A stretch of DNA of 64,000 nucleotides from a bacterium (GTDB taxonomy: Bacteria; Electryoneota; RPQS01), in NCBI GenBank assembly GCA_036504735.1, contig DASXUQ010000009.1:1-64000 (forward strand), read 5' to 3'. Each line of letters opens with the position of its first letter. Position 1 is the first letter of the stretch. The translations under genes and the position numbers were made by a program. Positions 8,770 through 18,123 of the stretch are shown here, piece by piece. The notes under the pieces were generated by a model. The model saw only the letters and a program-made list of their open reading frames with translations. It was not told where the DNA came from and made no database searches.

Positions 8770-9333
8770 TCACACCGATCCGGCGCGTTGATAGGTGAGC
8801 ATAACCAGGCCTGAAGTGAACGGCAGAGCGCTGGAGAACGTTAATTTGAGCGGGTGCTCCAAACCCGCGAACAGGGATTTGCCATGCCCCAGCACCACGG
8901 GATTTACTATGATCCGGTATTCATCAATCAGACCATGTTCCGAAAGCATACTCGCCAGATCAGAACTACCGAAGACGGCCATGTCTTTGCCGGATTGCCG
9001 TTTCAGCTTTGTGACTTCCGCCGCGGCGTCTTCTTTAACCAGCCGCGTGTTGCTCCAATCCACCTTTTGCAGTGATGTGGAGAAAACGACTTTCGGCAAG
9101 CTGTTCATTTTGGCCGCGATCATCGGATCATCCGTGAGGGCGGCGGGGCTTGGCCAGTAGTCCGCCATGAGTTGATAGGTTACCCGTCCGAACAGAAGGG
9201 CGTCCAAGGAATCAAGCAGGTCGGCGGCATAATTGTTGAACTCTTCATCCACAGTATGCCAGCTTAGGTCTCTGTTCGGGCCCTCAAAGTAGCCATCGAG
9301 GCTAATCATCATTTGAAAGATGACTTTTCTCAT
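8770..9333 (-). CDS. dihydrofolate reductase-like (RibD C-terminal domain) family protein
   Basis: 187 aa, MRKVIFQMMISLDGYFEGP... Typical YwjB/RibD_C family. Confidence 0.8.
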   Translation of the reverse strand: MRKVIFQMMISLDGYFEGPNRDLSWHTVDEEFNNYAADLLDSLDALLFGRVTYQLMADYWPSPAALTDDPMIAAKMNSLPKVVFSTSLQKVDWSNTRLVKEDAAAEVTKLKRQSGKDMAVFGSSDLASMLSEHGLIDEYRIIVNPVVLGHGKSLFAGLEHPLKLTFSSALPFTSGLVMLTYQRAGSV

Positions 9334-9342
9334 AGTGGTCTG

Positions 9343-9840
9343 TCACTCGCTCCTGCTTTGCGCCAGAAGAGCCGCCAGACGATCCATAGATTCAGCCATC
9401 CCTTGCTCCATGCCGGAGTTCAGCATGCCATCCCGATCCTGCACCGATTGAAAGAGCGCCCGGGTTTTCAGGATGGTCTTTTTGTCCTGCTCTTCAAAGG
9501 TAATCGTGTCGATGATCACGTGGCCGGGCATTGGTTCGAATTCAAAGGTGGAGACGATACGCTCGGGCGGCGTGACGGTCTGATAGGTGCCGTGAAACGC
9601 GTACTCTTTGCCGTCCGGTCCGCGCTGCACGAAGCGCCATGTGCCACCGGGCTTCACATCCATCTTCTCCACTTTGGTGGTGTAAATTTTCGGCCCCCAC
9701 CACTGTGGAATGAGGTCGGGATCCACATAAGCCTTGAACACGAGGTCACGGGGCGCATCGAAGCTTCGCGTCATAACAACCTCCCGATCCGACGGCAGGG
9801 TCACGGTCAAGGCATTGTCTGTTGCCACATTTTCTGCCAT
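9343..9840 (-). CDS. SRPBCC (AHSA1/Aha1-like) family protein
   Basis: ATG 9840 is preceded by AAGGAG. Motif RSFDAPRDLVFKAYVDPDLIPQWWGP. Tandem paralog of the next gene. Confidence 0.75.
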   Translation of the reverse strand: MAENVATDNALTVTLPSDREVVMTRSFDAPRDLVFKAYVDPDLIPQWWGPKIYTTKVEKMDVKPGGTWRFVQRGPDGKEYAFHGTYQTVTPPERIVSTFEFEPMPGHVIIDTITFEEQDKKTILKTRALFQSVQDRDGMLNSGMEQGMAESMDRLAALLAQSRSE

Positions 9841-9859
9841 GATGCTCTCCTTGCCAGGG

Positions 9860-10330
9860 TTATTTGAGACTTTGGACAAGTTTGTCGATGGACTCGTTCC
9901 AGCCGGTCTCGGCCATCTCGCTCATTTCGCCTTCGGGGAAACCTTCATGGCGCAGCGTCATGTGGGTCTTGCCGTTACGTTCTTCGAAGGACACCGTCAC
10001 CAGCAGTTCCAGCGGGAAATCCCCTTCCATGCCGTAGTAGGAAGCCTGGACTACATTGCCCTTCTCATCGGCAAAGCTGTCGGTCATCACCAGACGCTCC
10101 TGCGGGACGATTTCGCGGTAGACACCGGTGCTCCAGAAGTCCTGGCCGTCCGGCGAGCGCATGCAGAAAAGGTATTTGCCGCCCACATGGAGGTCGAGTT
10201 TAATGGCTGGCGCAGTGTAGCCTTTGGGCCCCCACCAGCGCTTGGCGCGCTCGGGCTCCGTCCAGGCTTTCCATACCAGATCGCGCGGCGCATTAATGTC
10301 GCGTTCGATGACTAATCCCTGCTGAATCAT
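9860..10330 (-). CDS. SRPBCC (AHSA1/Aha1-like) family protein
   Basis: ATG 10330 (MIQQGLVIERDINAPRDLVWKAWTEPERAKRWWGP). Confidence 0.75.
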   Translation of the reverse strand: MIQQGLVIERDINAPRDLVWKAWTEPERAKRWWGPKGYTAPAIKLDLHVGGKYLFCMRSPDGQDFWSTGVYREIVPQERLVMTDSFADEKGNVVQASYYGMEGDFPLELLVTVSFEERNGKTHMTLRHEGFPEGEMSEMAETGWNESIDKLVQSLK

Positions 10331-10567
10331 GAGATCTTTCCTTTGTCTACGGGTCCAGAATACCATTACTACAAACGGCCAAAACAGCGGCCTATGTTTT
10401 TGTACGCGCAACGGCTCGGAACGGTTCAAGCTTTAGAGCCGGAGTGACTCGACAGCAATGTGTCCGGCGGGTTATTCTATGTTCTGCTCAAACTGTACTT
10501 GTGTTCAGGATGCGGCACAGTATGGATTTTCGGGACTTCTAACTCTTCGAAAGTCAGGAGGCCTAAC

Positions 10568-10600
10568 AACAAGACTCCCCTTTGCCGGGGAGTCTTGTGC
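10568..10600 (-). terminator. rho-independent terminator after response-regulator gene
   Basis: caagactcccc / ggggagtcttg stem, 6-nt loop. T-rich tail on the minus strand. Confidence 0.6.
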
Positions 10601-10630
10601 TTGCAGCAGAGGTACTGTGCTCAAAGTCTC

Positions 10631-12031
10631 TTACGTGGCGTTCTCTCCGCCGTCGCCGTGCAGCACGCCGTAGCCTTTCATGATCCGGTAGATGGTCCGG
10701 CGGTCCACACCGGCCCGGAGGGCGACACGGGTGATATTGCCGCGCTCCTCGTCGATCAGCCGCGTGAAGTATTCCCGCTGAAACTGGTCGAGCAGTTTGG
10801 CTTTGGCGTCTTCATAGGACTCGGTCACATCCACGCGGATGCTGCGGGAAGGAGCTTCCTGCAAGGACGCGGGCAGGTCTTCTTCGCGGAGAATCGGGTG
10901 GGTAGCAAGGGAGACGGCACGTTCCACCACGTTGCGCAGTTCGCGCACATTGCCCGGCCACGCATAGCGGGTCAGCCGGTCGAGCACTTGCGGCGAGAAG
11001 CCTTCGATTGTGCGTTTGAAATCGGCGGCAATCTCCGCCAGAAAATGCGCGGCCAGCACGGGAATATCCTCGCGCCGCTGCCGCAGAGGTGGAACATCCA
11101 CCATCACCACGGCAAGCCGGAAGAACAGGTCTTCACGCAACAGTTTTTGCTGCACCGCCGCTTTGGCGTCGCGGTTGGATGCAGCGATGATGCGTACATC
11201 GAGGTCGATCTCACGATTTCCGCCGACCCGTCGCACCTTGCGTTCCTGCAGGACGCGGAGCAATTTGGACTGCATGGCCATGTCCATTTCGGTGACTTCA
11301 TCGAGGAAGAAGGTGCCACCGTGGGCCTCTTCAAGCAGTCCCTTGCGCGTCGTAACGGCTCCGGTGAAGGCGCCCTTTTCGTGGCCGAAGAGTTCACTCT
11401 CGATGAGCTGCGCGGGGAGCGCGCTGCAGTTCACGGCCACGAACGGCCCGGCGCTGCGGCGGCTGGCGCCGTGAATCGCGCGCGCGATCACCTCTTTGCC
11501 CGTGCCGGATTCCCCCTGAATCAGCACGCTGGCATCGGTGTCCGCCACACGGGTGATGGTCGAGAGCACAAGCTGCATGGCGGGCGAGACGGCCACCACG
11601 GCGTCTTTCAATTGCTGGCGGTCCAGTTCGCGGCGCAGCCGCTGGTTCTCGAGAACCAAGGTGCGGTTCGTGAGCATCCGCTGCACCAGCAGCAGAAGCT
11701 GGTCTTTAGAGAAGGGTTTGACCAGATAATCGGCCGCACCGTGCTTCATCGCCTCGACGGCGGTTTCCACCGTGGCATAGGCCGTCATGATGACCACCGG
11801 CACATCGGTGTGCGACCAGTGGAGTTCACTTAACACCGCCATGCCGTCCTGCCCCGGCATCATCAGATCGGTCAGCACCAGATCGGGGTCGCAGGCGGCC
11901 ACCGTGGCGGACAGGTCGCGGCTGTCCTGCAGAGTTTGAATATCATAGCCCGCGCGCGACAGAATCAGCCGGCAGTTGTCGAGCATATCCGGCTCGTCGT
12001 CAATGACCAGAATCCGGGATTTTTCGTTCAT
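10631..12031 (-). CDS. sigma-54-dependent response regulator (NtrC family: REC + AAA+ sigma-54 activator + Fis-HTH)
   Basis: GESGTGKE Walker A, GAFTGA motif, C-terminal HTH. ATGA overlap with the kinase gene. Confidence 0.9.
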   Translation of the reverse strand: MNEKSRILVIDDEPDMLDNCRLILSRAGYDIQTLQDSRDLSATVAACDPDLVLTDLMMPGQDGMAVLSELHWSHTDVPVVIMTAYATVETAVEAMKHGAADYLVKPFSKDQLLLLVQRMLTNRTLVLENQRLRRELDRQQLKDAVVAVSPAMQLVLSTITRVADTDASVLIQGESGTGKEVIARAIHGASRRSAGPFVAVNCSALPAQLIESELFGHEKGAFTGAVTTRKGLLEEAHGGTFFLDEVTEMDMAMQSKLLRVLQERKVRRVGGNREIDLDVRIIAASNRDAKAAVQQKLLREDLFFRLAVVMVDVPPLRQRREDIPVLAAHFLAEIAADFKRTIEGFSPQVLDRLTRYAWPGNVRELRNVVERAVSLATHPILREEDLPASLQEAPSRSIRVDVTESYEDAKAKLLDQFQREYFTRLIDEERGNITRVALRAGVDRRTIYRIMKGYGVLHGDGGENAT

Positions 12032-13527
12032 GTGGCCTGGACCTGCTTCTCCAAAACCGGGAAACGGACGACAAAGGTGGTTCCCTTGCCGATTTCACTC
12101 GAGACCAGGATGTTGCCGTCGTGATTCTCCACGATGCGGTAGGTAATGGAAAGACCGAGCCCTGTTCCCACGCCGACATCCTTGGTGGTAAAGAACGGAT
12201 CGAAAATTTTCGAAAGATATTCGGGGGCGATTCCCTGTCCCGAATCGGTGATCTGCACGTGCAGGCTCTCACCCTTGGCCTGCGCGGTGAGCGTAATGCT
12301 TCCGCCGCGCGGCGTGGCATCCATCGCGTTCACCAGCAGGTTGATAAACACTTGCTCGATTTCCGTGCTGTTGCCCTTGAAGGGCGGCAGGTCCTCGGGA
12401 ATGTTGACGTCGAGCGCGATGCCGCGTTTTTCGATTTCCTTGCGTGTCAGGAGCAGCACGCCGCTGAGCAGCGTACTCAAATTCAGCGGCATCTTGCCCG
12501 TGCCGGATTGCCGCGCAAAGGAGAGCAGCCGTCCCACGATGTTCGAAATGCGGCCGGTGTTACGGTGCATCATGGCCAGATGCGCTTCCAGATCGTCGAC
12601 CGGCCTTCCGGCATGCACGTCATCAAGCAGCAACTCGAGCCGATTCTGGATGTTGCCGACAGGGTTGTTGATTTCATGCGCCACGCCCGCGGCCAGTTGC
12701 CCCGTAGCGGCCATCTTTTCCATCTGCACCATTCCGGCCTGCGTGCTGCGGAGTTCCTGAGTCCGCTGAGCGACGATAGTTTCCAGCTCGTCATTCTGCT
12801 TGCGAATGCGCTCGGCCAGCACCATCCGTTCCCGGTTCTCTTCGGTGATAATCCGGTCGGCGCGGGCGGCAATCAGCCACACGACCAGAAACAGCGCGAG
12901 GCCGGTGGCCGCCGTGCTGAGGATAATCACATTGCGGAGCTGCCGCACCTTGGCATACATGGCCGAGACGTCCATCAGCATCGCAAAGGCGAGGCGCTCG
13001 GTCGAGTCCGTTCCGGCGCGGACCTCCACCGGAACATAGGCCAGCAGATGGTCGCTCATATCGGCAACGCCGGCGGTATTCCCCGCCGGATACTCTTTGA
13101 TCAGCTTCGAGACCGCGTGTCCGGCCAGCGCGGAGAAGAGCATCGAATTGGACGGCTCTTCTTTGCCCTGCATCGTGGAGTCCGTCGAGAACAGAATGCG
13201 GTAATGCTTGTCATAGATGCTCACCTTTTCCACATTGAAGCCGTTCACGAAGGTGCGCACGACTCCGACCAGCTCCTCATTGGCAATGGGATTGTCGAAG
13301 GGATAGGTGGCAAAGGTCAATTCCCACGGCGCCATGTAGAACTGATCGAGGGAGCGGGCAAGGTGATTGGCTACCGCGGCGCTGGTCTGGCTGGAGACAT
13401 CGAGCATCCGGTTGCGTCCGAGGCCATAGGAGACAACCCCGCTGCCGCCGACAATGAGGATTTCCAGCAGAATGAAGTTCAGTCCAAAATAACGGGAGAA
13501 GCGACTCTTGGGAATCATGGCGATCAT
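12028..13527 (-). CDS. sensor histidine kinase (membrane sensor + HisKA + HATPase_c)
   Basis: H-box HEINNPVGNI. N/G1/G2 boxes (LVNAMDA, DSGQGI, GTGLGL). N-terminal TM segments. Confidence 0.85.
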   Translation of the reverse strand: MIAMIPKSRFSRYFGLNFILLEILIVGGSGVVSYGLGRNRMLDVSSQTSAAVANHLARSLDQFYMAPWELTFATYPFDNPIANEELVGVVRTFVNGFNVEKVSIYDKHYRILFSTDSTMQGKEEPSNSMLFSALAGHAVSKLIKEYPAGNTAGVADMSDHLLAYVPVEVRAGTDSTERLAFAMLMDVSAMYAKVRQLRNVIILSTAATGLALFLVVWLIAARADRIITEENRERMVLAERIRKQNDELETIVAQRTQELRSTQAGMVQMEKMAATGQLAAGVAHEINNPVGNIQNRLELLLDDVHAGRPVDDLEAHLAMMHRNTGRISNIVGRLLSFARQSGTGKMPLNLSTLLSGVLLLTRKEIEKRGIALDVNIPEDLPPFKGNSTEIEQVFINLLVNAMDATPRGGSITLTAQAKGESLHVQITDSGQGIAPEYLSKIFDPFFTTKDVGVGTGLGLSITYRIVENHDGNILVSSEIGKGTTFVVRFPVLEKQVQAT

Positions 13528-13815
13528 TAAATGTTATGCTTAAAGATAGCGGTCAGGCTCCAGAGATGCAACGGGAGGCCTGAATCCGCATGCCTTATCT
13601 ATCCTGTTCATACCTGATCAAAAGGAGTGTGACATTGTAGCCTCACTATGCTCTGGATAACAATAACAGAACCTTGCAGGATTGTGAGGCATTCCTGCCA
13701 CACTTTGCAGCTATGCCAGCCGTCGCCACTGTTATAGCAACTTCACGTAAAAAAGAGTCCATATAATCATAATTTTCAAGATTTTAAAATCGAAGAATGT
13801 AGAGTTCCAGCCTAT

Positions 13816-13831
13816 TGGCATATCCATTGCC
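13816..13831 (+). promoter_or_regulatory. candidate sigma-54 promoter (TGGCAT-N5-TTGCC) upstream of yceI-CHRD-cupredoxin genes
   Basis: ttggcatatccattgcc. Spacing between GG (-24) and GC (-12) is canonical. About 80 nt upstream of the yceI start. Divergent from the NtrC-type two-component genes. Confidence 0.55.
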
Positions 13832-13913
13832 ATACACAATAGCAGGCAGGGCAATGGATCAAACCTGCATACATAGTATACGCGCCACCACCTCGATAAA
13901 CCCTGTGACTCTT

Positions 13914-14519
13914 ATGAAAAAGCTATTCCTTTCGGTTTCACTACTCATCGCCACCGTCGCTATGGCTCAGTCGGCGACGTTCAAAGTTGTGGCGGGGGAT
14001 GTCCACACACTGGTTCAGTTCGAAAGCAAGGCCTCTCTCGAAACGGTGACAGGCAAGACCCGCACGGCGACCGGCTTTGCTGAACTGGATGGCGGTGGAG
14101 GCCGCGCGGAAGTTCACGTAGACCTGGCCTCACTACGCACCGGCATCAGCAAACGCGATCAGGACATGCGCGAGCAGTTTCTGCAAACCAAGCAATATCC
14201 GGAAGCGGTCTTCACCGTTACCACTCTTCAATTGCCCGCAACCGGGTTGCAGGAAAATGCCCGCACGCGGGTGTCGGTCAAGGGAAATCTGACGCTTCAC
14301 GGCACGACCCGCGAAGTCGAGCCGGAAACGTATCTCACATTAGGAACTGGCGGCCAGACACTGCGGATCGAGTCAGCCTTCCTCGTGAAGCTCCAGGATT
14401 ACACCATCGAGCGGCCCCAGTTCCTATTGCTTCGTCTGGCCGAAGAGCAGCATATCTCGGTCGACATCACAGCGGTCAGCGATAACCGCGGGGAGACGTC
14501 CCGGCAGGGCGGCAATTAG
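13914..14519 (+). CDS. YceI-like periplasmic protein
   Basis: Signal peptide MKKLFLSVSLLIATVAMAQS. YceI-like beta-barrel sequence. The track ORF starts earlier, at 13815. Confidence 0.7.
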   Translation: MKKLFLSVSLLIATVAMAQSATFKVVAGDVHTLVQFESKASLETVTGKTRTATGFAELDGGGGRAEVHVDLASLRTGISKRDQDMREQFLQTKQYPEAVFTVTTLQLPATGLQENARTRVSVKGNLTLHGTTREVEPETYLTLGTGGQTLRIESAFLVKLQDYTIERPQFLLLRLAEEQHISVDITAVSDNRGETSRQGGN

Positions 14520-14679
14520 CGCGCCCACGACGAGCAACATATCAACCCCTGCCTGCCCCAAGGGCAGGGGTTGTACTCCCGCGGTGGCAGTGCACACGAT
14601 TCACGCGATCTGATATCCATATAGAAGTGTTACGACGAAACAAAAGACAGATTGCCCGCACAGAGGCAAGGAGACATTC

Positions 14680-17235
14680 ATGAAGACTTATGCACAGCTT
14701 GTAGCGAGTGCTATGCTCGCACTTCTGATGTGTGCCGGAGCTGCACACGCGAATCAGTTTATCGCCCGTTTGAGCGGAAGCCAGGAGCCGGAACATGTAG
14801 TGACAACGGCGCAGGGCACGGGCACTTTTACGCTGACTGAAGAAGGTCTGGCCTATCATATTACGGTGGACGGACTGAGCGGGCCGATTGGCGCGGCGCA
14901 CTTTCACGACGGAATGATGGGCACCAACGGCGGAATCGTCCGCACGATTGAGTTCAACGGCAACACCGCCAGCGGCATCTGGTCACCGACCGATGCCGAA
15001 CCGCTGACGGACGACATCAAGACCGACCTGTTGCTCGGGCATGTATATGTCAATATTCACACCAGCGAGCACGCCGCAGGCGAGATTCGCGGACAGGTAA
15101 TCGTCAGTTCGGGGACAGCGCTGAGAGCGCGGATTACGCCATTTCAGGTGGCCCAGCATGGCGGACACCGCTCCACGGCAACCGGAACCGGAAGCTTCAC
15201 GCTGGTGGAAGAAGGGCTGCTTTACAAGATTACGATTAATGGGATTCCGGGCTCGGTGGTGGGAGAATTCGGGCTGGGCAAGCCCGGAGTACAGGGACCG
15301 CCCTTGAAGACCATGACCTTTACCGGCAATACCGCCGAAGGAATTTGGCATTATGATGACACGCCGCCCTTGACGGACTCGCTGGAAGCCGAGCTGCTGG
15401 CCGGACATGTCTACTTCGAAATCGGCACCGGCGGGTACTATGGCAATGAAATGAAGGGACAGATTTATCCGTCGGAAGGCTGGGGATTCGAATCGTCCGC
15501 CGATGCCAATCAGGAAACCCATTCCGTGAATTCGACGGGAAAAGCCTCCGGCGCATTCCTGCTGACCGAGCGGGGACTATCGTACAACATTACGGCCTCG
15601 GGATTGACTTCGGCGATTACGGCGGCGGATCTGCATGTGGGCAGCGCGGGGCAGAGTGGCTCGGTAATCAAAACTATTATCTTCAACGGCAACTCGGCCT
15701 CCGGAGCCTGGCTGAAAGATGATGCGGCGCAGCCGTTGACGGCGGACGTGCAGGCGGCGTTGCGCCGGGGGGATGTGTATTTCGAAATCCACACCATGAG
15801 CTACGCGGACGGCGAGATCCGCGGCCAGATGATGCCAGCGACGGGCAGCACCTTTGTTCAGGCGGAATTGTCTTCGGCCCAGGAATTCGATCCGGTGCCC
15901 AGCGGCGCGACAGGCAGCGGCGTGTTCAAGGTTACGCCGCAAGGTCTGGAGTATCATATTACGGTCAGCGGACTCTCCGGCACGGTGTCGGCGGAGTTTG
16001 ACCGCGGCGATATGGGACGCAACGGATCGCGGGTCGGGGAAATCAGCTTTGACGGCAACAGTGCCGATGGCGTCTGGTCGCCCGATGATCATCAGCCGTT
16101 TACTGACAGCCGTCTGATGGATCTGCTGACCGGAAGTCTGTTCATCAACATCAGCACATCGCAATATCCGGGCGGCGAGATTCGGTCGCAGCTCTTTGTC
16201 GTCGGCGGTTCGGGACTCGGCACCGACTTGTCCACGCAGCAAGAGGGGCATCCGGTGACGTCGCCGGGCGCGGGCGTAGGCTCGTTCACTTTGACTCCCG
16301 ATGGATTGGTGTACCAGATTACAGTCAATGATCTCAGCGGTCCGATTGGCGAGGCGCATTTCCACTATGCAGCGACTGGCGAAGACGGCCCGATTGTGCG
16401 CACCATCCCCTTCGACGGCAATAATGCCAGCGGTGTATGGCGCAGCAGCGACGCCGAGCCGCTGACAGATGAATTTGTCGAAGACCTGCTTTCCGGAGAA
16501 ATCTACGTCAACATTCACACGTCATCCTACGCCGCAGGTGAGATTCGCGGGCAGGTCTTCCTGAACAGCGGCATCGGTCTGGGCGCGGGAATGGATCCGG
16601 CGCAGGAGACGCATCCCGTGACCTCCGGCGGCACCGGAACCGTTGCCACGATTCTTACGGAAGAGGCCTTAGTCTATACCGGGACGGTGAACGGTCTGAC
16701 CGGACCCATTGGGGAGACACACTTCCACAATGCCGCGCCCGGAACGGACGGCCCGATCATCAAGACGCTGGAATTCAACGGCACGGCGATTTCCGGTATC
16801 TGGAAAGCCTCAGACTCGGAACCACTGTCGGTGGCCAATATCAATGCTCTGAATGCGGGCAACGTGTATATCAATGTCCATACGTCGCAATTCGCCGCGG
16901 GTGAACTGCGCGGCCAGATGGGCAGTACCCAGGGAGCGTCGGCAGCCGGACCTGTACCATCGAGCAGGCCAAGCAGTTTTGCCCTCGCGCAGAACTATCC
17001 CAATCCTTTCAACCCCAGCACGGTGATTCACTTCGACGCGGCTCAATCGGGGCGTGTGCGATTGACGGTTTTCAATCTGCTCGGGCAGAGAGTGGCAACA
17101 CTGCTGGACAATCCGGTTCAGGCCGGGGCGCATGAAGTCAACTTCAACGCGGCGGCCTTACCGTCCGGCGTCTACCTATACTCTCTCGAAGCTGGAAATA
17201 CGAAACTGGTCCGCAGGATGATCCTCCTGAAGTGA
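14680..17235 (+). CDS. secreted protein with six tandem CHRD domains and T9SS C-terminal sorting domain
   Basis: Signal peptide. Six repeats ending in the CHRD signature (AHFH..G.nGgiV... / GhVYVNIHTs...GEIRGQ). C-terminus LAQNYPNPFNPSTVIHF...LYSLEAGNTKLVRRMILLK. Confidence 0.8.
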   Translation: MKTYAQLVASAMLALLMCAGAAHANQFIARLSGSQEPEHVVTTAQGTGTFTLTEEGLAYHITVDGLSGPIGAAHFHDGMMGTNGGIVRTIEFNGNTASGIWSPTDAEPLTDDIKTDLLLGHVYVNIHTSEHAAGEIRGQVIVSSGTALRARITPFQVAQHGGHRSTATGTGSFTLVEEGLLYKITINGIPGSVVGEFGLGKPGVQGPPLKTMTFTGNTAEGIWHYDDTPPLTDSLEAELLAGHVYFEIGTGGYYGNEMKGQIYPSEGWGFESSADANQETHSVNSTGKASGAFLLTERGLSYNITASGLTSAITAADLHVGSAGQSGSVIKTIIFNGNSASGAWLKDDAAQPLTADVQAALRRGDVYFEIHTMSYADGEIRGQMMPATGSTFVQAELSSAQEFDPVPSGATGSGVFKVTPQGLEYHITVSGLSGTVSAEFDRGDMGRNGSRVGEISFDGNSADGVWSPDDHQPFTDSRLMDLLTGSLFINISTSQYPGGEIRSQLFVVGGSGLGTDLSTQQEGHPVTSPGAGVGSFTLTPDGLVYQITVNDLSGPIGEAHFHYAATGEDGPIVRTIPFDGNNASGVWRSSDAEPLTDEFVEDLLSGEIYVNIHTSSYAAGEIRGQVFLNSGIGLGAGMDPAQETHPVTSGGTGTVATILTEEALVYTGTVNGLTGPIGETHFHNAAPGTDGPIIKTLEFNGTAISGIWKASDSEPLSVANINALNAGNVYINVHTSQFAAGELRGQMGSTQGASAAGPVPSSRPSSFALAQNYPNPFNPSTVIHFDAAQSGRVRLTVFNLLGQRVATLLDNPVQAGAHEVNFNAAALPSGVYLYSLEAGNTKLVRRMILLK

Positions 17236-17311
17236 TCTTCTAAATGACAGCCTTCAAGGCCCGCACCTCTGAACCTATTCATGAACTAACATATTCGTAG
17301 AGGAGAAGGAA

Positions 17312-17710
17312 ATGACCGGCAGAAAAAAGGTCATTCTCGCACTGGCCATGAGTGTGGCCGCACTTCTGATCATCATCGCCGGGTGCAGTAGCAAGAACAG
17401 CACCGGCTACAATAATCCGGTAGGGAATCCGGGCGGCAGTCCGGGCGCTAATGAGGTCTGGATGCAGAACACGCAGTTCAATCCGTCAAGCAAAACGGTC
17501 AGCGTGGGTACCGCGCTTACTTGGACCAATAAGGACGGCATTCCGCATACGGTGACCAGCGGTGCGCCGGGCAGTCCCAACGGCACCTTCGACAGCGGCA
17601 ACATGGCGGGCGGAGCGACGTTTTCGCACACCTTCAGTCAGGCGGGGACATTCCCATATTACTGCCGTATCCACGGCACCATGATGACCGGAAGCATTAC
17701 CGTACAATAG
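17312..17710 (+). CDS. cupredoxin (plastocyanin/pseudoazurin-like blue copper) lipoprotein
   Basis: Lipobox LIIIAGCSS. Cu ligands H..C..H..M in PHTVTSG ... YYCRIHGTMM. SD GAGGAGAAGG. Confidence 0.75.
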   Translation: MTGRKKVILALAMSVAALLIIIAGCSSKNSTGYNNPVGNPGGSPGANEVWMQNTQFNPSSKTVSVGTALTWTNKDGIPHTVTSGAPGSPNGTFDSGNMAGGATFSHTFSQAGTFPYYCRIHGTMMTGSITVQ

Positions 17711-17761
17711 CTGCGGCTCGAGATCCCTGTCGAGCCACCGTACCTATAGACTCCCCTCACG

Positions 17762-17794
17762 AAAATAGCGTCTCTGCAAGGCGCTATTTTCTTT
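17762..17794 (+). terminator. rho-independent terminator after cupredoxin gene
   Basis: aaatagcgc..gcgctattt stem followed by TTTTCTTTG. A second hairpin lies at 17715..17736. Confidence 0.65.
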
Positions 17795-18023
17795 GTGGAT
17801 AGCCTTGTCCAAAATCACTTTCACGGCGACCACCATCTCGAAATAAAGTATTTACTTATGCTTACTTGATCAAATACGAAGCGTCATGCCTCCCTCGTCT
17901 GGCTTGGAAAGAATGGAACGGCGCTATAAGTCATCTGAAAAAATTCTGAATGACTGTTTATTGTTCAAAAAACTTGCGGATTTTTGCTAAAAGTTGTTGT
18001 AAAAAGCGAAATAATGGTTATAT

Positions 18024-18035
18024 TGTCATCTGACA
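18024..18035. promoter_or_regulatory. palindrome TGTCATCTGACA upstream of TetR gene (candidate operator)
   Basis: Perfect 5+2+5 inverted repeat about 90-120 nt upstream of the TetR start. A nearby half-site-like agtgacagtgg. Confidence 0.4.
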
Positions 18036-18123
18036 GTATCGAGTGACAGTGGCGTTCGATTGCCAGTGCGCGGGCGAAAGGCTTTCGAGTCTTTCCTGAC
18101 ATCTTGCGCTGAAGATCGCATCG

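Noticed and set aside
10460-11833. 457-aa plus-strand ORF
   Set aside because: Antisense to the sigma-54 response regulator gene. Arg/His/Gly-rich, low-complexity translation typical of GC-rich antisense frames. No domain recognisable.
12121-13530. 469-aa plus-strand ORF
   Set aside because: Antisense to the histidine kinase gene. No recognisable motifs.
13691-13710. ctgccacactttgcag as a possible sigma-54 site
   Set aside because: -24/-12 spacing is 3 nt rather than 5 and the GG is missing. The 13816..13831 site fits far better.
15577-16518. 313-aa minus ORF
   Set aside because: Antisense to the CHRD-repeat gene.
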